Source: Azolla caroliniana
Lineage: Eukaryota; Plantae; Polypodiophyta
Length of the DNA: 64,000 nucleotides
Direction of reading: 5' to 3'
Assembly (NCBI GenBank): GCA_043228905.1
Contig: JBHGNT010000001.1
Span: 31,434,001-31,498,000 of the forward strand
Positions 63,722-64,000 of this stretch are shown piece after piece. The position numbers and the translations under genes are program-made. Below the pieces are notes generated by a model. It ran no database searches and was not told where the DNA came from. It was given only the letters and a program-made list of their open reading frames with translations. Positions within the stretch are counted from its first letter, which is position 1; every line of letters begins with the position of its first letter.

Positions 63722-64000
63722 CTCTTGCTTCTTGGTAATGTTTCCTTTTCTTCCTCCAAACCTTTTGGTTTTGTTGAAGAGAGAGATTGGGACGTTGTGA
63801 GCCCCACCATGAATGAAACACCCCTTTCTTCAAAGTGTTCTTTTGTAAAGACTTTTGTTACAATACTACGGCCTAACGAAAAATGATGACAGTTTATATA
63901 TATATATATGTACATATATCCTTACAAACAAACAAAAGAATGCAAATGATGCTGTGATGTGGATTGAAGACCTTCAAGGGGATTCAGAGATGACTGTTGT

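Noticed and set aside
1-64000. tRNA, rRNA, snRNA and conserved miRNA genes
   Set aside because: None recognised by eye; only degenerate B-box hairpins (8.5, 13.5 and 38.7 kb). tRNAscan-SE or Infernal would be needed to exclude them.

Overview
AT-rich nuclear DNA from a land plant. A fern or other seed-free vascular plant is my guess from the gene and TE style; the window cannot prove it. Bases 1-29 kb are a transposon graveyard. They hold many 5'-truncated L1/Tx1-type LINE ends, probable SINEs and eroded Mutator-like relics. They also hold a full-length but decayed LINE with (TC)n at both ends (14072-19614, -) and a very young, intact, GC-rich Ty1/copia element (20741-26171, -; 5-bp TSD, PBS, PPT, near-identical LTRs). 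Bases 29-64 kb are genic. They contain a His/Asn-rich protein with the plant CxCSPTxHxGSFRCRLHR motif and two tandem intronless EXO70 genes of the G/I clade that look most like EXO70I, with a hAT MITE and a LINE inserted in the second duplication unit. They also contain a spliced pseudogene of unknown family that the ORF track misses (about 45.2-49.7 kb), a single-pass membrane protein, and a 10-exon NT-C2/long coiled-coil gene (1460 aa) of the RPG/At1g22060-like group. Best leads: the EXO70I-like pair and its RPG-like neighbour, the microsatellite-flanked LINE, and the hidden stop-riddled spliced gene. All family assignments come from motif recognition, not database searches.
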